This document shows, piece by piece, positions 1 through 11,792 of a stretch of DNA of 64,000 nucleotides (positions are counted from its first letter, which is position 1; every line of letters starts with the position of its first letter). The notes below the pieces were generated by a model. That model was not told the DNA's origin. It did not search any database and was given only the letters and a program-made list of their open reading frames with translations. Where the stretch lies: NCBI GenBank assembly GCA_963707215.1, contig CAVPPB010000003.1:1536001-1600000 (forward strand), written 5' to 3'. The translations under genes and the position numbers were made by a program. Source of the stretch: an uncultured Chloroflexia bacterium (GTDB lineage: Bacteria > Chloroflexota > Limnocylindria > Limnocylindrales > CSP1-4).

Positions 1-1041
1 GGCACGAACTGGCTGCCGTGGGTCCTCGGGATCGCGATCGTGGCGATCGTCGCCATCTTCCTGCTGCGGCCCGGCGGACCCCTGAACACCGGCTCGGCCA
101 CGCCGGAGCCGTCACCATCGGCGAGCGCCGAGGCGTCGCCGTCGGCGTCGCCCGAGGCATCGCCATCCGAGGAAGCCTCGCCCTCGCCGAACCCGCCGAT
201 CGCGAGCGGCCTCGTGCTGGGCGGTCCGCCGGAGTGCCCGGAGCGCCCGTTCTGTCTCCTCGGCCTGCAGGAGACGTACGGCCTCGAGTTCAAGGAGTTC
301 GTCCCGCTCGACGCCGGCGGCCCATTGACGGTGGAAGCGCTCCTGAGCGATCGGATCCAGGTCGGGCTCCTGTTCACCTCCGACCCGGCCATCGTCACCA
401 ACGGCTTCGTCCTCCTCGAGGACGACCAGCAGCTCCAGCTCGCCGACAACATCGTGCCGGTCCTCCGGCAGGAGGTCCTCGACGCCAACGTCGGCGTCGC
501 CGACGTCCTGAACGCGGTGATGGAGGCCCTCACCCAGGAGGAGCTCACCAAGCTCAACGCCGCGGTCACCGTCGAGCAGAAGCCGACGGCGGACGTCGCC
601 CGCGACTGGATCGCCGGTCAGGGCTTCCCCACGGACGGGGGCTTCAGCGGCCAGGTGACCGTCGGGTCCACGAACTTCTACGAGCAGGAGGTCCTCGGCG
701 AGATCTTCGCCCAGGTCCTCGAGGCCAACGGCCTCACGGTGGAGCGAAAGTTCCAGCTCGGCAACCGCGAGATCGTCTTCCCGGCGCTCGAGTCAGGCGA
801 GATCGACATCCTGGCCGAGTACGCCGCGACCGCCCTCGAGTTCGTCAACGGCGGCGCCGGCGAGGCGACGACCGACCCGGCGGTCACGACCGCTGCCCTG
901 CGGGCGGCGCTCGAGCCGAAGGCGTTGGTGGCCCTCGACTTCGCCGAGGCGACCGACCAGAACGGCTTCGTCGTCACCAAGGCGACGGCCGATCGCTACG
1001 GTCTCGCCAAGATCAGCGACCTCGGGGCGCCGTCCCCCTAG
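1..1041 (+). CDS. ABC-type glycine betaine/osmoprotectant substrate-binding protein (OsmF/OpuAC family), membrane anchored, halves in permuted order; 5' end probably outside the window
   Basis: Frame is open from base 1 (GTNWLPWVLGIAIVAIVAIF, a TM helix), then a Pro/Ser linker, then LGGPPECPERPFC..GLQETYG..DAGGPLT..LFTSDP, followed by VTVGSTNFYEQEVLGEIFAQVLE..GEIDILAEY. Confidence 0.8.
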   Translation, partial: GTNWLPWVLGIAIVAIVAIFLLRPGGPLNTGSATPEPSPSASAEASPSASPEASPSEEASPSPNPPIASGLVLGGPPECPERPFCLLGLQETYGLEFKEFVPLDAGGPLTVEALLSDRIQVGLLFTSDPAIVTNGFVLLEDDQQLQLADNIVPVLRQEVLDANVGVADVLNAVMEALTQEELTKLNAAVTVEQKPTADVARDWIAGQGFPTDGGFSGQVTVGSTNFYEQEVLGEIFAQVLEANGLTVERKFQLGNREIVFPALESGEIDILAEYAATALEFVNGGAGEATTDPAVTTAALRAALEPKALVALDFAEATDQNGFVVTKATADRYGLAKISDLGAPSP

Positions 1042-1108
1042 CCGTCCATCGAGCGCCACCCTGGACCCTCGGCCCTTCTGGGCCGGGGGTCCTCTCGTGG
1101 CTCGGCGG

Positions 1109-1846
1109 TCAGGAGCCCTCGGTCCGGCCCCGCGTCGCTGGCGCCAGGCCGAGCCGGCCGAGCAGCCGTCGGGCGGCACTCACGGCATCCGGGTGCTGCG
1201 CCTCGAGCCGGTGGCGCTCGGCCCGGGCCCAGCTGGCCAGCTGCGGTTCGGCGTCTCGTCGACGCTGGGTCGAGGCGAACCGCTGCCACGCGTCGTCCAC
1301 GAAGGCCGCAAACAGGACGAGTGGGCCGGCCGTCCCGATCGCCTGCTCGGCACCGGGCGAGAAGTCGATCGGGATCATGATCCGCCCGAAGAACGCCCCG
1401 ACCTCGTCGGTGAGCGGATCGAGTCCCTGGCTGTGGCCGGCCCAGCGGAGGATCGGTGCCGGAGCGTGGACCTGGATGAGCCGGGTCCCATCCGTGTCGG
1501 CGATGCGAAGGCGGCCCCCGAACGACAGGAAGTCGTTCGTGATGCCGAGCCGGTCCTCGATCCGGATGCGGCCCCAGGCGATCGGCCGCTCTCCAGGGTC
1601 CGGTGTCTCACGGTCCACCAGGAGCTTCACCCCATGCTCCCCGTCGAAGTGCCAGCACTCCATCGACTCGGGATCGAAATGGAGGAGGGTCGGCCTGGCC
1701 CGGATCGCGACCAGGAGGTTGGCGCCACCGGCCTCCCACGGATCGTCGCCGTTGACCAGGCTGAAGCCGAGGTCCGCCATCAGGCGGGCCACGGCCGTCG
1801 ACCAGGCGGCGGGGTCGGCCAGCTCCGGGTGCGGGCCCGCGGTCAT
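1109..1846 (-). CDS. hypothetical protein
   Basis: Protein-like C-terminal part of ORF 1109..2743 (MTAGPHPELADPAAW...); its ATG overlaps the upstream stop (ATGA at 1843-1846). Confidence 0.7.
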   Translation of the reverse strand: MTAGPHPELADPAAWSTAVARLMADLGFSLVNGDDPWEAGGANLLVAIRARPTLLHFDPESMECWHFDGEHGVKLLVDRETPDPGERPIAWGRIRIEDRLGITNDFLSFGGRLRIADTDGTRLIQVHAPAPILRWAGHSQGLDPLTDEVGAFFGRIMIPIDFSPGAEQAIGTAGPLVLFAAFVDDAWQRFASTQRRRDAEPQLASWARAERHRLEAQHPDAVSAARRLLGRLGLAPATRGRTEGS

Positions 1847-2874
1847 CGCGCGGTCGCCGTCGTCCCCGCTGGCTCGTCCACGACATCGGCAGCCGGCGAC
1901 GCCGCTCGTCGGTCGCGGTTCGCCTCCACGATGCCGACCCGGACGAAGGCGATCCCTCCCCCGACGGTGGTCACCAACAGGATCCCGGCGTGCACGAGGA
2001 GAGCCAGGGCGAACGCCTCGTCGGCCGGGACGCCGATCGAACCGGCGATCGTGACGGCCGCCAGCTCGAACGTCCCAAGGTAGCCGGGGCCCGACGGGAT
2101 GACGGTCGCCAGCGCAACGCCGGCCGACAGGAGGGCCGCCTCGCCCATGGCGAGCTCGATCCCGACGGCCTGGCCAGCGGCCGCGAAGGCGAGGATGGAC
2201 GCTCCCCAGGCACCGGCCGTCAGGACGATCGCTTCGAGGAGGGTGCGGGGCCGACCGACGACGGCCAGGCCCTCGCGGAGTCGCGCCCCCAGCGACCGGA
2301 TCCGCGGGAAGCCATCGACCGTCGCGGCGAGCCGGTCCGCGCCCGGGAGGCGGTGGGCCAGGAGGAGGCCGGCCAGACCAAGGACGAGGAGCCCGGCGAA
2401 GGCGATGCCCACCAGGACGGCACTGGCCAGGACACCGCGGACCGACAGGACAAGGACCGAGCCAGCGGCGAGGAGGACGACGAACGTCGTATCGATGACC
2501 CGCTCGACCACCACGGTCCCGAGGGCCGTGGTTCGACTCAGGCCCTCGCGATCGCCCAGGTAGTGGCTCCGCACGAGTTCGCCGAGCCGGGCAGGCAGGA
2601 CGTTGTTGGCGAGGTAGCCGATCAGCTGGTAGCCGAGCATCCGGACGTAGGCGACGACCGCCACGGGTCGGACGAGCCGTTGCCAGCGCCAGCCCCGCAG
2701 AGCGACATCGGTCACGTTGAGGAGCAGCATCACGGCGATCCACTGCGGTGCCGCCTCGGCCAGCACCTCGAGGACCTGGCCCAGGTCGACCGCCCGGAGG
2801 GCCAGCGCCATGGCAACCAGCGAGATAGCCACTCCGACGGCGCCCCGGATGATGAGCTTGGAGCGGGTCGTCAT
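1843..2874 (-). CDS. lysylphosphatidylglycerol synthase-like TM / flippase-like protein (UPF0104)
   Basis: Multiple TM helices; motifs RGWRW, GYLANNVLPARLGELVR, TVVVERVID, IPSGPGYLGTFE. Confidence 0.85.
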   Translation of the reverse strand: MTTRSKLIIRGAVGVAISLVAMALALRAVDLGQVLEVLAEAAPQWIAVMLLLNVTDVALRGWRWQRLVRPVAVVAYVRMLGYQLIGYLANNVLPARLGELVRSHYLGDREGLSRTTALGTVVVERVIDTTFVVLLAAGSVLVLSVRGVLASAVLVGIAFAGLLVLGLAGLLLAHRLPGADRLAATVDGFPRIRSLGARLREGLAVVGRPRTLLEAIVLTAGAWGASILAFAAAGQAVGIELAMGEAALLSAGVALATVIPSGPGYLGTFELAAVTIAGSIGVPADEAFALALLVHAGILLVTTVGGGIAFVRVGIVEANRDRRAASPAADVVDEPAGTTATAR

Positions 2875-2939
2875 GTCAGCCGCTCATCACCATCGGTCCG
2901 GGCATCACCCGGCATCCCCAGGTCATCGGCGCGGGGCCG

Positions 2940-3758
2940 TCACGTGGAGGCGCGTGGCCGCCCCGTGGATCCCGCCCGTGGATGTGGGGCCAGCTTGGGT
3001 GATGGCCGGACGCGCACCCGATGGAGCAGGAAGCGGAGCACGACTCGCACGGTGGACAGGCCGTAGACGACACTCCGCACGAAGCCGACCGAGCTGGCCT
3101 CCTCGAAGTAGCGGGTCGGGACGGCGATCTCGCCGATCCGGCTGCCCATACCGGCGGCCACGACCTGAGCGATGAGCTCCTGGTCGAAGACGAAGTCATC
3201 GCTGCTCCGCTTGTACGGGATCGTCTCCAGCAGCTGGCGACTGTACGCTCGCAGGCCCGTGTGGTACTCGGACAGATGCAGCCCGAAGGCGAGGTTCTCG
3301 AGCTTGGTGAGGAACCGGTTGGCGACGAACTTCCAGCGCGGCATCCCGCCGGCGAGCGGATCGCCGAGGAAGCGACTGCCGAGCATCAGGTCGGCCTCGT
3401 CCCGGAGGATCGGCTCGATGAGCGCCGGGATCCGTGTCGCGTCGTACTGGTAGTCGGGGTGGAGCATGACGACGACGTCGGCGCCGTCCGCGAGGGCTGC
3501 GTCGTAGCAGGTCTTCTGGTTCCCGCCGTAGCCGCGGTTCTGGCGGTGGGCGATGACCTCGAGGCCGAGCTGCTGGGCGATCGCGACGGTCTCGTCGTGG
3601 GAGACGTCGTCGACGAGGATGACCCGGGCGACGAGATCGTGCGGGATGTCGGCGTAGGTCCGGTGGAGCGTCCGGGCCGCGTTGTAGGCGGGCATCACGA
3701 CGACGACGCGAGGCACGCGCGCGTCGGCGGGACCTGGTCGCGTCGCGTCCGGAGTCAT
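2940..3758 (-). CDS. glycosyltransferase family 2 (DPM synthase-like)
   Basis: [50 protein letters not shown]; start set at ATG 3758, 6 nt after TACCCT. Confidence 0.9.
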   Translation of the reverse strand: MTPDATRPGPADARVPRVVVVMPAYNAARTLHRTYADIPHDLVARVILVDDVSHDETVAIAQQLGLEVIAHRQNRGYGGNQKTCYDAALADGADVVVMLHPDYQYDATRIPALIEPILRDEADLMLGSRFLGDPLAGGMPRWKFVANRFLTKLENLAFGLHLSEYHTGLRAYSRQLLETIPYKRSSDDFVFDQELIAQVVAAGMGSRIGEIAVPTRYFEEASSVGFVRSVVYGLSTVRVVLRFLLHRVRVRPSPKLAPHPRAGSTGRPRAST

Positions 3759-3882
3759 GGGCGCAGGGTACAGGACCGGTCCAGTGGGTCGGGACCGACC
3801 GAAGGTACCGGCTGCACGGGACCGATCGCGCGACGCCCTCGCCCATCCGTGGGACGATGGGTGGCGAACCGCAGGAGAGACC

Positions 3883-4485
3883 ATGTTCGACCGACTCTTC
3901 GGCAACCGCTCACCCGATCCGGCGGTCGCGGAGCGCGTCCCGCCCGGCCAGTACCTGACCGAGAAGTTCCCGGTCCTTCACTACGGCTCCGTCCCGAGGA
4001 CCGACTTGGCGAGCTGGGACTTCCGCGTCTACGGCCTCGTCGATAGCCTCCTGACGCTCACCTGGGAGCAGTTCCAGGCGCTGCCCCGCAAGACCGTCAC
4101 GACCGACATCCACTGCGTGACCCGCTGGAGCAAGCTCGACACGACGTGGGAGGGGGTGCCGATCCAGGCGATCCTCGAGGCGGTCGGCGTCCGACCCGAG
4201 GCGACCCATGTCGTCGCCCACGCCGAGCAGGGCTACACGACGAACATGCCGCTGAGCGTGCTCGACGACGATGATGTCCTGCTGGCCGACAGGTACGGAG
4301 GCCAGCCGCTCGATCCGGAGCATGGCTACCCGCTCCGGCTCCTCGTCCCCAAGCGCTATTTCTGGAAGAGCGCCAAGTGGGTCCGTGGCTTGGAGTTCCT
4401 GGACCGGGACGTCCTCGGCTTCTGGGAGCGCTACGGCTATCACAACGACGCCGACCCGTGGAGGGAAGAGCGCTTCAGCGAGTAG
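3883..4485 (+). CDS. sulfite oxidase-like molybdopterin oxidoreductase (YuiH-like)
   Basis: [42 protein letters not shown]; SD AGGAG before ATG 3883. Confidence 0.9.
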   Translation: MFDRLFGNRSPDPAVAERVPPGQYLTEKFPVLHYGSVPRTDLASWDFRVYGLVDSLLTLTWEQFQALPRKTVTTDIHCVTRWSKLDTTWEGVPIQAILEAVGVRPEATHVVAHAEQGYTTNMPLSVLDDDDVLLADRYGGQPLDPEHGYPLRLLVPKRYFWKSAKWVRGLEFLDRDVLGFWERYGYHNDADPWREERFSE

Positions 4486-4573
4486 CCACGGCCGGGACGC
4501 GGTGGGACCCCCTGTGCCGGCCCCCCCGGTCCGGTCCGGGTTCGCACGGGCGGATCGGGCAGCGCCGGGACGG

Positions 4574-4936
4574 TCAGCGACCGCCGGTCGCCAGCTCGGC
4601 CAGACGGATCTCCACCACCCGGCGCACGAGGTCACGCGGGATCGGCCGATCGAGGGCGAAGCGGACCGTCGCCTTCCCGGCGAGGTAGGCGTCGAGCTCC
4701 TCGCCCAGCGCATCGCGAACGGCCCGACTGGCCGGGAACAGGCTGCAGTGCCGGGCGAACGCCGCGTACGACACGAGCATCCGGCCATCCTGCTTGAGCG
4801 TCGGGATCTGGTAGCTGATCACCTCGGTCGCGTCTGGCGCGGCGTCCCGGATCGCTCCCCGGAGCTCCTCGAGGACGGCTCGCGACGCGGCCGGAAGATC
4901 GGCCAGGTATGCCTCGACGCTCGACGGTCTGGTCAT
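4574..4936 (-). CDS. DUF1801 / YdhG-like protein
   Basis: SVEAYLADLP..LEELR..I..AAPDATEVISYQIPT..HCSLFP..KATVRF. Confidence 0.85.
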   Translation of the reverse strand: MTRPSSVEAYLADLPAASRAVLEELRGAIRDAAPDATEVISYQIPTLKQDGRMLVSYAAFARHCSLFPASRAVRDALGEELDAYLAGKATVRFALDRPIPRDLVRRVVEIRLAELATGGR

Positions 4937-5012
4937 CTGCTCCCCTTCAGCGCCGCCGGGTGCGGGGAGCGGTCCGAGGACCTGACCGCCCGAAGGTTGG
5001 CCGGCAGCGCGA

Positions 5013-5792
5013 TCAGCTGAGCCGGACGGCCGGGGGCCCCTCGGGCGCATCGACCGGCAGCACCATGACCCATCTCCCGGAGAGCGTCGAGGTGAGCCAC
5101 CGGGCGGAGGATGAGCCGGTGCCACGAGCGACGAACTGGCGCCCGACGGCCTCGAGCGACTGGAGCTTGCCCGGCTTGGGACTGGGGCCCCAGGTCGCCG
5201 ACCCATGCGGGTAGAGCGGATCGAGGACATAGGCGCCCGTGACGGTGAAGTCATCCGTACGCATCGGATCGGCCGTGGCCTGGAAGCCGCTCATCACCCA
5301 GGCGTGGCGACCGCGCCAGACCAGCAGCCCGACCGGCCGGCCGGTGGCCGCGATCGAGCGGGCCGCCATCCGCATCGCCTCGTCCAGGGACTCGGCGCCG
5401 ACGAGCCGGTACGGACCGTAGCCAAGGTGGTTCAGGCCGGCCGTCCAGCCCCGGACGGACGCCCCCTGTCGCTCGCGGCCGGTCCGGCTCGGCCCCGACA
5501 GCGTCCGCGCAAGCCGCTGGAGCTCGAGCTGGCGGGCGGCGGTCCGATCGTCCCGGGAGCCGACGATGTTGGCCATCATCTGCATGCTCGCGCCGACACA
5601 CTGGACGAAGTTGGTCTGGGCCACGTAGTCGCCGCTCATCGCGATGTCGAGGGCGAAGCGATCCGCTGCCAGGGCGCCGGACGGGGCGACGATCCCGGCC
5701 GCGAGGGCGAAGGCCAGAAGGGCGGCCACGGCTCGGCCCGGGCGGGCCTGGTCAGCGATGCGGGGGCGGTGCCGGGGGGGACGGTCGTTCAT
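5013..5792 (-). CDS. secreted protein, probable C39-like (papain-fold) cysteine peptidase
   Basis: Signal peptide (ALA/AD); QTNFVQCVGASMQM (Q...C), HAWVMSG (H), VLDP (D). Confidence 0.6.
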   Translation of the reverse strand: MNDRPPRHRPRIADQARPGRAVAALLAFALAAGIVAPSGALAADRFALDIAMSGDYVAQTNFVQCVGASMQMMANIVGSRDDRTAARQLELQRLARTLSGPSRTGRERQGASVRGWTAGLNHLGYGPYRLVGAESLDEAMRMAARSIAATGRPVGLLVWRGRHAWVMSGFQATADPMRTDDFTVTGAYVLDPLYPHGSATWGPSPKPGKLQSLEAVGRQFVARGTGSSSARWLTSTLSGRWVMVLPVDAPEGPPAVRLS

Positions 5793-5858
5793 CGGGGTCG
5801 CCTGCAGGTGCCGAGTGTCGCCCAGGCTCGTTGCGCCGTCAACCGCTGCCCGCCCATG

Positions 5859-6632
5859 TCAGTTCCTCGCCACCAGCGCGAGGGTCGGATCGGGTCGCAC
5901 GACGCGCAGCCCTCGGTCCAGGTAGATGACCTCGCGCGCCAGCAGGCCCGCCAGCGCCTCCAGCCGCGCCTCGGCGGTCGGGGCTTCGAGCAGCGCCTGG
6001 CGATGGACCGGATCCACCTCGACGATCCCGGCCAGGAGGTGCGACAGCAGGAGCGGGTCGGCGGGCATCGCGAGATCCGAGCGGCCGTCCTGGTCGGCGG
6101 GCGACCCGGCCGGGTCGGGATCGGGGGCGGCGGGACGACGCGATGGGGCGCTCGTCCCGCTGCGTCGACCCGCGGAGGGCGATGGATCGGGTCCCGACTC
6201 GGGCTCGTCGAGGAGGACCCGGACGCCGTCGACGTAGCGAACGAAACGACGGGTCACCAGGCGCACCAGGGAGGCCGCGCGTCGCTCGTCCCCGACCACC
6301 TCGTCGAGCGGCTCGACCGTCGCCGTCAGGTACGGCTCGCTGACCGTGTCGACGGCCAGGACCCGGAAGCGCTCGACGCCGACGGTGACGATGTCGTAGC
6401 GCCCGTCGGAGTAGCGGTCGGCCTCGCGTATCTCGGCCAGCGTGCCCACGGCGGCCACGGCCAGGTCGGTCGAGCCGACCTCCCGGCCGTCGCGGATCCA
6501 GACGACCCCGAACGGTCGATCCTCCGCGAGGCAGCGGCCGACCATCAACCGATACCGCGGCTCGAAGATGTGGAGCGGCAGGGCCACTCCCGGGCAGAGG
6601 ACCGTGTGGAGGGGGAAGAGCGGGATCTCCAT
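5859..6632 (-). CDS. LON peptidase substrate-binding domain protein
   Basis: MEIPLFPLHTVLCPG..LPLHIFEPRYRLM..FGVV..VGTLAEI..DGRY..RQALLEA. Confidence 0.9.
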   Translation of the reverse strand: MEIPLFPLHTVLCPGVALPLHIFEPRYRLMVGRCLAEDRPFGVVWIRDGREVGSTDLAVAAVGTLAEIREADRYSDGRYDIVTVGVERFRVLAVDTVSEPYLTATVEPLDEVVGDERRAASLVRLVTRRFVRYVDGVRVLLDEPESGPDPSPSAGRRSGTSAPSRRPAAPDPDPAGSPADQDGRSDLAMPADPLLLSHLLAGIVEVDPVHRQALLEAPTAEARLEALAGLLAREVIYLDRGLRVVRPDPTLALVARN

Positions 6633-6779
6633 CACCACCAGGGATACGTGCGAGACACGCGTCGGGATGAGCCTGCCGCATCCGGCGCGACGATCGGCCG
6701 GGCAAGCACAGTGCCGCCGGCTGGGCCGACGGCACTCGGGTCCGCGACGGACGGCCGCGGCATGGCCGTCACCCCGTTC

Positions 6780-7160
6780 CTAGTGGGCGCAGCTCCGGGG
6801 CGAACCGGCCTCATCGGCGGTGCGGAAGCTCGAGCCGCAGCCACAGGCCGCGACCGCGTTCGGGTTGTTCACGGTGAAGCCGGCGCCCATGAGCGTGTCG
6901 ACATAGTCGATCTCGGACCCGGTCAGGTACTGGACGCTGTTCTGATCGACGTAGACCCGGATCCCGCTCGCCTGGAGGACCTGGTCGTCGGCTGTGGGAG
7001 CGTCCTCGAGCATCATCCCGTAGCGATAGCCGCTGCAGCCGCCGCTGTAGACGTAGACCCGAAGGCCGACGTCCGGGTTCGTCTCTTCCTTCGTCAGCTC
7101 GCGAAGCTTCGCGGCCGCAGCGTCGGTGAGGCTGACCACGGTGGTCTGCGGGTCGATCAT
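6780..7160 (-). CDS. iron-sulfur cluster assembly accessory protein (IscA/ErpA/HesB family)
   Basis: LRVYVYSGGCSGYRYGM, IDYVDTLMGAGF..NPNA..ACGCGSSF; SD GAAGGAGG. Confidence 0.95.
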   Translation of the reverse strand: MIDPQTTVVSLTDAAAAKLRELTKEETNPDVGLRVYVYSGGCSGYRYGMMLEDAPTADDQVLQASGIRVYVDQNSVQYLTGSEIDYVDTLMGAGFTVNNPNAVAACGCGSSFRTADEAGSPRSCAH

Positions 7161-7317
7161 GCGGGCTCGTCCTCCTTCGGACGGGGATGCGGCGAGCGCC
7201 GGCGGCGGCGCGTGGACGGTCGGGGCTCGGACCGACCGGAGCATCGTACGCAGCGCAATCGATTCCGACAAGCACCCTGTCTAGACGGGTCGACGACCCA
7301 GCGGTGCGGCGGCCGGG

Positions 7318-8547
<1,230 letters not shown>

Positions 8548-8569
8548 CGGTTCGCTCCCGGCTGGAAGG

Positions 8570-9130
8570 TCAGCGGATCCCCTGGAGGGCGGCGGCGGCA
8601 AGGTCCGGGTCGGGGCTCTGGACGACGTACATGGTGTCGGGTCGGGCGATCGGGATGTAGACGTAGACGGTGCCTGCCTCGAGGGAGGCGTCCTCGACCT
8701 GGACGACCGGCTTGCCGCCGACGTTGGTGTTCGTTACGGTCGGATCCGGCAGCCCGCCGGCCCACTCGTTGACGACGAGGCTCAGCTGGCCCTGGGTCCC
8801 GGCCAGCCGGAGCGCCACGATCCGAAGCTCGGTCGTGCCGTCCGCCGGCGCGGCCTCGGCAAGCTCGGCATCCGCGGGCAGCAGGTTGGCGTTGTTGAGC
8901 CGGGCGATGAGGTCAGCGTAGGCCGGGTCGGCCTCGACGTCGGCGGCGGAGATGCTGCGCTTCTCCATGGCCACGCCGTCGACCTCGTCCGGCAGGGAGG
9001 CGGCCAGGTCCGTGGGGCCCGGCGCCTCCGAGGCCGGGACGGGCGTCGCGCTCGCTCCGCAGGCGGCCACGAGCAGGGTGATGACGATGAGCACGGCCAG
9101 CGGCGCCGGGAGGGCGCGGATCCGATGCAC
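8570..9130 (-). CDS. hypothetical lipoprotein
   Basis: Hydrophobic signal ending in lipobox-like VAAC-G; protein-like composition; GTG start at 9130. Confidence 0.65.
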   Translation of the reverse strand: MHRIRALPAPLAVLIVITLLVAACGASATPVPASEAPGPTDLAASLPDEVDGVAMEKRSISAADVEADPAYADLIARLNNANLLPADAELAEAAPADGTTELRIVALRLAGTQGQLSLVVNEWAGGLPDPTVTNTNVGGKPVVQVEDASLEAGTVYVYIPIARPDTMYVVQSPDPDLAAAALQGIR

Positions 9131-9242
9131 GGGTGGGTCCTCGGTACGAAGCGGGTGCGGCGGCGATGGTAGCCCATCCGCCGGGGGTGGACGGAAGGTC
9201 CGGATGGACCCCGGACGGATGGTCGAGCCGCGGGGGATCGAC

Positions 9243-9956
9243 TCAGCCCTGGAACGGCACCAGGTGGCCCGCGGCCAGCTCGAAGGTCCGCCGCTCGATC
9301 GGTTCGTCGGCATCGCCCGCCTGCTCCAGGACGAAGGACGCGAAGAGGGCGGCGAACTCGTCGTCGCCGGGCCGCAGCCCGGCGGCGATCAGGAGGTGCC
9401 GATCCGGCAGACCCACGAGGACCCGGCCGACCGAGCCCAGCTCGGCCACGAGGTGGTCGAGGGTATCCGGGAGGATGATCCGACTGGCGTCCCATCCGTC
9501 GCCGGTCTGCGACGACAGGAGACGATGGTCCTCCGATCGCTCGTCGGACCAGGCCGCCCCGGCCGCCCAGGTCGCCAGGTTCGCCAGGGCCGCGTCCTGG
9601 AGGGCCTCGGTGACGATCCCCCAGGACAGCAGGTGATCCGCGTTGACCAGGATGTCGAAGCCGTCGGAGGTCATGGCGTAGACCACGGCGAGCCCACCAG
9701 GACCCTCGTCGACGAGCGGCTGGGCGTGCGTCTTGAGGCCCTCGGCGGCCAGGGCGGCCGGATCGAGGCCCACGACCGACGTACCGGCCGTCCCGGCGGG
9801 CCGGAGGAGCGGGAAGATCCGGCTGCGGGCTGCCTCCCAGTCGTGCTCGGGGGCGTCGGCGAGCGAGACCTCGCTCGAGGGCCACGGTCCCGGCCGATGG
9901 CCGCTCACGGGGGCGTCCGGATCGGGCCGCGGCGACCCGCGAGTCGGCTCGTCCAC
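9243..9956 (-). CDS. DUF1444 (YtpQ)-like protein
   Basis: C-terminal part of ORF 9243..10817; ALANL, GDGWDASRIILP, VGLPDRHLL resemble DUF1444 motifs. Confidence 0.65.
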   Translation of the reverse strand: MDEPTRGSPRPDPDAPVSGHRPGPWPSSEVSLADAPEHDWEAARSRIFPLLRPAGTAGTSVVGLDPAALAAEGLKTHAQPLVDEGPGGLAVVYAMTSDGFDILVNADHLLSWGIVTEALQDAALANLATWAAGAAWSDERSEDHRLLSSQTGDGWDASRIILPDTLDHLVAELGSVGRVLVGLPDRHLLIAAGLRPGDDEFAALFASFVLEQAGDADEPIERRTFELAAGHLVPFQG

Positions 9957-9979
9957 GCCGTCCCTCCTTCCGGCCGCGC

Positions 9980-10795
9980 TCAGCGGCCCTGCCAGCTCGG
10001 CGGTCGCTTCTCGGTGAACGCGGCCATGCCCTCCGCCTGATCCTCGGTCGCGAAGAGAGCGGCGAAGCGTCGGCGCTCGTCGGCGATCCCGGCGGCCAAC
10101 GAGCCCTCGTAGGCGGCGACGACGGCCTGCTTGGCGGCCCGGACCGCGAGCGGCGCCTTGGCCGCGATCCGCTCGGCGAGCTCGACCGCCACCTCCAGCG
10201 TCCGCTCCGCCGGGACCACCGACGTGACGAGACCGAGCCGCTCCGCCTCGGCGGCGTCGAAGCGGCGCCCGGTCAGGATCAGCTCCATCGCCCGGGCCTT
10301 GCCGACCGCCCTGACCAGCCGCTGCGTCCCGCCGGCCCCGGGGATGATCCCGAGGTCGATCTCCGGTTGACCGAAGACGGCATCGTCGCCGGCCACGACG
10401 AGGTCGCAGGCCATCGCCAGCTCGCAGCCGCCGCCGAGGGCGTAGCCCCGGACCGCCGCGACGATCGGCAGACCGATCCGGTCGATCCGCCCCCAGGCGG
10501 CGAAACCGTCCCCCTCCATGATCGTCTCCGGCGTCTGGGCGGCCAGCTCCCGGATGTCCGCCCCGGCGGCGAAGGCCCTGGTCCCGCCGCCGGTGAGGAC
10601 GATGCAGCGGACGCGTCCGTCCTCGTCGAGCCGCTCCAGGGCCGTGGCGAGCTCGTCGAGGAGCTCGAAGCTCAGGGCGTTGAAGGCGGCTCGCCGCTCG
10701 AAGACGACGAGGGCGACGCCGTCGGCGGGCGCGTCGGGGCGCGAGGGATGCGGGGCCGGCACTTCGACGCGGACCAGTGGGCCGGGTTCGCTCAC
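9980..10795 (-). CDS. enoyl-CoA hydratase (PaaF-like crotonase)
   Basis: NALS, AFAAGADI, GYALGGGCELAMACD, FGQPEIDLGIIPGAGGTQRL, EGMAAFTEKR. Confidence 0.93.
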   Translation of the reverse strand: MSEPGPLVRVEVPAPHPSRPDAPADGVALVVFERRAAFNALSFELLDELATALERLDEDGRVRCIVLTGGGTRAFAAGADIRELAAQTPETIMEGDGFAAWGRIDRIGLPIVAAVRGYALGGGCELAMACDLVVAGDDAVFGQPEIDLGIIPGAGGTQRLVRAVGKARAMELILTGRRFDAAEAERLGLVTSVVPAERTLEVAVELAERIAAKAPLAVRAAKQAVVAAYEGSLAAGIADERRRFAALFATEDQAEGMAAFTEKRPPSWQGR

Positions 10796-11784
10796 GTCGT
10801 CTCCTCGCGCGGATCACCAGTATCGCCGACCGGAGCGACGGACGGCGAGTCGGCGAGCCAGCCGAGGTCCGCGGTCGCCCCAGGCGCGTCGTCGGTGCCG
10901 CCGCGGGCCGCCGTCATCGGCCCGGCCCCGTGGGCGGGATCGAAGGGTCGGGGCCGGCGATCGGCCTGTCCGGCGGCAGCCGATGCCCGCGTCGCCGCCA
11001 CCGCCTCGGTCGAGCGGTAGAACCCGGCGAGCGCCTCGTTGAACAGGGCTGGGCGACGGACCTGGGCCTCGTGGCCCGCCCCGGGCACGACGAGCAGCCG
11101 GCTGTCGGGCAGTTGGCGGGCCAGCGCCCAGGCCTGGTCGACCGGGGCGAACGGATCGCGGTCGCCGACCACGACCAGGCTGGGGCAGTCGATCGCCCGC
11201 AGGGCCCGCGGCTCCGGCAGCGGCTGGCGGGCCACGTCGCCGGCGATGGCTGGCAGCAGACGCCGCCAGGCGCCCTCGCCCTGGGTCGGATCGTGGCGAC
11301 GGGCGAGGTCCCGCGCCCAGGCCGGGTCGTGGGCCTCGATCCGCTCGGGATCCATCAGGCGACGAGCGACGCTCGCCCGTGGCTCACGCCCCAGGCCGGC
11401 CCCGACGACGACGAGCGTGCGGACCCGCTCCGGCCGACGGGCGGAGAAGCCCAGGGCCGTGAAGGCGCCCATGGAGAAGCCCAGGAGGTGGCAGCTGGCG
11501 AGGCCCAGGGCGTCGACGAACGCCTCGAGGTCATCGACGAGCCACTCGTACTCGAAGCCGTTCCGGGCGTCCCAGCGGGTCCGCGCGTGACCGCGGGCGT
11601 CGGGCAGCAGCACCCGGAAGCGCTGCGAGAAGAGGGGGACCTGGGCAGCGAAGTCGGCCCGCCCCGCGCTCGTGGCCCCATGGAGCATCACGAGCGGCGG
11701 GCCGTCCCCGGACACGTCGTAGCCGATGCCGAGCCCGCGGGCCTCGATCGTCGCGCTCCGCCACGAGCCGCCCGAGATCGTCAC
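10792..11784 (-). CDS. alpha/beta fold hydrolase
   Basis: LVMLHG, PDARGHAR, GFSMG nucleophile elbow, GDRD, GAGH. Confidence 0.88.
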   Translation of the reverse strand: MTISGGSWRSATIEARGLGIGYDVSGDGPPLVMLHGATSAGRADFAAQVPLFSQRFRVLLPDARGHARTRWDARNGFEYEWLVDDLEAFVDALGLASCHLLGFSMGAFTALGFSARRPERVRTLVVVGAGLGREPRASVARRLMDPERIEAHDPAWARDLARRHDPTQGEGAWRRLLPAIAGDVARQPLPEPRALRAIDCPSLVVVGDRDPFAPVDQAWALARQLPDSRLLVVPGAGHEAQVRRPALFNEALAGFYRSTEAVAATRASAAAGQADRRPRPFDPAHGAGPMTAARGGTDDAPGATADLGWLADSPSVAPVGDTGDPREETT

Positions 11785-11792
11785 GGGCGCCG

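Noticed and set aside
3780-3880. Hairpin leader before the molybdoenzyme gene as a Moco riboswitch
   Set aside because: Only a single stem (GCCCATC/GATGGGT) is visible; I could not match the conserved Moco RNA features.
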